NCBI RefSeq assembly: GCF_009914755.1
Contig: NC_060932.1
Source: the human T2T-CHM13v2.0 reference genome, Homo sapiens
Length of the DNA: 64,000 nt
Direction: 5' to 3' (one strand)
In this document: positions 60,671 to 64,000 of the stretch, piece by piece
Position numbering within the stretch: position 1 is the first letter of the stretch
Layout of the letters: each line of letters begins with the position of its first letter
The notes under the pieces: generated by a model
What the model was told of the DNA's origin: nothing
Seen by the model: only the letters and a program-made list of their open reading frames with translations
Databases searched by the model: none
Program-made: the position numbers and the translations under genes

Positions 60671-61057
60671 AAATGGTCTTTTCATAAAAAATAATTTTCA
60701 TCACCTATATTTTTTTGCTGGAGAGTTGGTCCATCAAGGTCCTTACTCCACCATTTTAGAAGTTTTGCCCCAACTTTTTTTAGAAATGTTCTAATTGTTC
60801 ATTTATCTAATCTTTGGGAATGCTGAGTTATATTACTTACCAGTCATAGCTCTCAGTATGTTAGGATCCCTGGTAGTCACTTTACTTTTTCTGTTCTTTA
60901 CCGAAATGGCACCCACTTGGCATCTAACAGTTTAGTGTCACCATCTGACTTATAGTTTTAGGGTTAAATAATTGCCATTACTCCCAGTTAACCCAGTCCT
61001 GAAATGTATAAACTACTGTTCATTCTGGATCATAAAATAGAATCTTAGCTATATTGG

Positions 61058-63292
61058 TTTATTAGTCTGTTCTCATACCGCTATGAAGAAATACCTGAGA
61101 CTGGGTAATGTATAAAGGAAAGAGTTTTAATTGACTCACAGTTCCGTTGGGGAGGGCTCAGAAAACTTACAATAATGGAGGCCCACACCTCTTCACAGGG
61201 TAGCAGGAGAGAGAATGAGCGCAAGCAGGGGAAATGCCAGACACTTACAAAACCATCTGATCTAATGAGACTCACTCATTATTATGAGAACAGCATGGGG
61301 GAAAGTATCCCATGATTCAGTTACCTCTACCTGGTCTCCCTCTTGACACATGGGAATTATGGGGATTACAATTTAAGATGAGATTTGGGTGGGGGCACAG
61401 AGCCAAACCATATCATTCTACCTCTGGCCCCTCTCAAATCTCATGTCCTCACATTTCAAAACACAGTCATGACCTTCCAACGGTCCCCCAAAGTCATAAA
61501 TCATTCCAGTATTAACACAAAAGTTCAAGTTCAAAATCTCATCTATGACAAGGCAAGTCCCTTCAATCTATGAGCCTGTGAAATCACAAGCAAGTTAGTT
61601 AGTTCCTAGATACATTGAGGGTACAGGCATTGGGTAAATAAACCCCTTCCAAATGGGAGAAATTGGCCAAAACAAAAGGGCTATAAGGCCCCATGCAAAT
61701 TTGGAGTTCATTACAGCAGTCAAAGGAGACCATTTTGGAACTTAAAAGTCTCACATCCGGGGCACATTGATTCAAGAGGTGGTCTCCTGCAGCCTTGGGC
61801 AGCTCTGCCACTGTGGCTTTGCAGAATACAGCCCCATTCCTGGCTGCTTTCACAGGCTGGCATTGAGTGTCTGCAGCTTTTCCAGGTGAATGGTGCAAGC
61901 TGTTGGTGGAGCTACCATTCTGGTGTCTGGAGTATGGTGCCCCTCTTCTCACAGCTCCACTAGGCAGTGCCCCAGTGGGGACTCTGTGGGGGCTCCAACC
62001 CCACATTTCCCTTCTGCACTGCCCTAGCAGAAGTTCTCCATGAGGGCTCTGCTCCTGCAGCAAACTTTTTCTTGGACATTCAGCATTTCCATACATCCTC
62101 TGTAAATCTAGGCAGAGGCTCCCAAACCTCAGTTTTTGACGTCTGTGCACCCGCAGGCCCAACACCAAGTGTAAGCTGCCAAGCCTCAGGGCTTGCACCC
62201 TCTGAAACAATGCCCTGAGCTGTACATTGGCCCCTTGTAGCCACAGCTCAGATGCAGGGCACCACATCCTGAGACTGCGCAAAGCAGCAAGTTCCTGGGC
62301 CCTGCCCACAAAACTAGTTTTCTCTTCTAGACCTCTGGGCCTGTGATGGGAGGCGCTGCTGTGAAGGTCTCTAACATGACTGAGAGAAATCTGTCCCATT
62401 GTCTTAGTGATTAACATTTGGCTCCTCATTACTTATGCAAATTTCTGCGGCAGGCTGGAATTTCTCCCCAGAAAATGGGTTTTCCTTTTGCATTGCATCG
62501 TCAGGCTGCAAATTTTCCAAAGTTTTATGCTCTGTTTCCTCTTGAGTGCTTTACAGCTTAGACATTTATTCTGCCAGATACCCTAAATCATCTCTCTCAA
62601 GTTCAAAGTTGCACAGGTCTCTAGGGCAGGAGCAAAATGCTGCCAGTCTCTTTGCTAAAGCATAGCAAGTGTCATCTTTGCTCCATTTCCCAACAAGTTC
62701 CTCATCTCCATCTGAGACCACCTCAGCCTGGACTTCATTGTCCATATCACTATCAACATTTTGGTCAAAACAATTCAACAAGTCACTAGGAAGTTCCAAA
62801 CTTTCGCACATCTTCTTCTCTTCTTCTGACCTCTCCAAACTGTTCCAACCTCTGTTACCCAGTTTCAAAGTTGCTTCCACATTTCAGGTATCTTTATAGC
62901 AGCACCCCCTCTACTGGTAGCAATTTACTGGTTTAGTCTATTCTCATACTGCTATGAAGAAATACCTGAGACTGGGTAATTTATAAAGGAAAGATGTTTA
63001 ATTGACTCACAGTTCCACATGGCTGGGGAGGCCTCAGGAAACTTACAATCATGTAGGAACACATCTCTTCACAAGGTGGCAGGAGAGAGAATGAGTGCAA
63101 GCAGGGGAAATGGCAGAAACTTAAGAAACCATCAGATCTCATGAGACTCATTCATTATCACAGGAACTGCATGGGGAAAACTGCCCCCATGATTCAATCA
63201 TCTTCACCTGGTCCTGCCTTTTACATATGGAGATTATGGGGATTACAATTCAAGGTGAGATTTGGATGGGGACACAGAGCCAAATCATATCA
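61058..63292 (-). mobile_element. Full THE1 (C/D-like) MaLR element: 5' LTR 62929-63292, internal 61416-62928, 3' LTR 61058-61415
   Basis: Two ~360-bp direct LTRs, 1.5-kb internal region, purine tract on - adjacent to the 3' LTR, perfect 5-bp TSD attgg. ORF 62566-62880 matches the MaLR internal ORF relic. Confidence 0.96.
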
Positions 63293-64000
63293 ATTGGTAT
63301 CTTCCTCAGCATATTCTTTCATTGTTTATTAAATATTTTCCTACAGGCCCTCCTAAGGACATGGTCAGAAAGTGGATTGCCTGTCCTTACATGTTATATG
63401 TACAATACCATGATGACGCCTGTAAGCCTTTCCTCCCCATTTCCACTGTTTCCTACATCAGATCTGGCATTTCTTTCTTACTTAATGACGGTGATCATTT
63501 TTAATAGTCATTCTAGGAGTTTGTTAGCATAATTTCCTTGAATTCTGGTCAAAGTATTACGTTCCAGGAAATTGCTCTCAAATTAATAAGGTCTCCCATA
63601 TCCAATTTTGTTATTTTTCCCCTTTGATCTAACACCCTGAGCATATATCCTGCCTTCTCCTTCTGGTCCTGCAACTCTTTCTTGATATTATTTCTTTCCT
63701 CCTTTAGCAGGTCTGGCAATTAGTAACACTATTTGACTCAAGTTATGGATAAGTGGACAGGAGGTCAATGTGTGTAATATCCTGAGGAATCCTGAGGAAG
63801 CATATGTTGTCTTGCAGGACAGAGTCCTCTGGTCATCTTCAAGGAAAGTGGAGTGCTAGCTCTTTAATAAAAAGGAGCTGACTATTTCTGCAATCCAAGT
63901 GCATCAACCTAGACGTGCTTATCCCATTGTCCAAGGTCTGTTTTTTTTCATCAGGGAACTGAGCTTGGCATAGCATATTTTTCTGGCTTGGGAATTAATC

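Noticed and set aside
61599-62429. 276-aa minus-strand ORF as a gene
   Set aside because: Lies wholly in THE1 internal sequence, has no recognisable domain and is probably an incidental alternative frame.

Overview
AT-rich, gene-poor primate genomic DNA (almost certainly human or ape: it carries Alu, L1PA, THE1 and LTR12). I find no supportable intact protein-coding gene, RNA gene or CRISPR array. All long ORFs map to decayed L1 ORF1/ORF2, MaLR internal sequence, GC-rich LTRs or the antisense strand of a pseudogene. More than half the window is transposon-derived: three large L1PA copies, old L1M/L2/MIR relics, five Alus, about ten solo LTRs, one full two-LTR THE1 element and two MADE1 MITEs. 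The one non-repeat coding relic is a decayed, intronless ZNF511-like retrocopy on the minus strand (~25.2-26.1 kb) that the ORF track misses. The best structural observations are a four-level nested insertion with readable TSDs, an L1 carrying an inverted copy of its own 3' end, a twin-primed L1 missing about 1.8 kb, and a 140-bp non-TE duplication inside inverted microsatellite arms. I do not see evidence for a novel multi-gene system. Subfamily names come from recalled consensus sequences and need RepeatMasker/Dfam confirmation.
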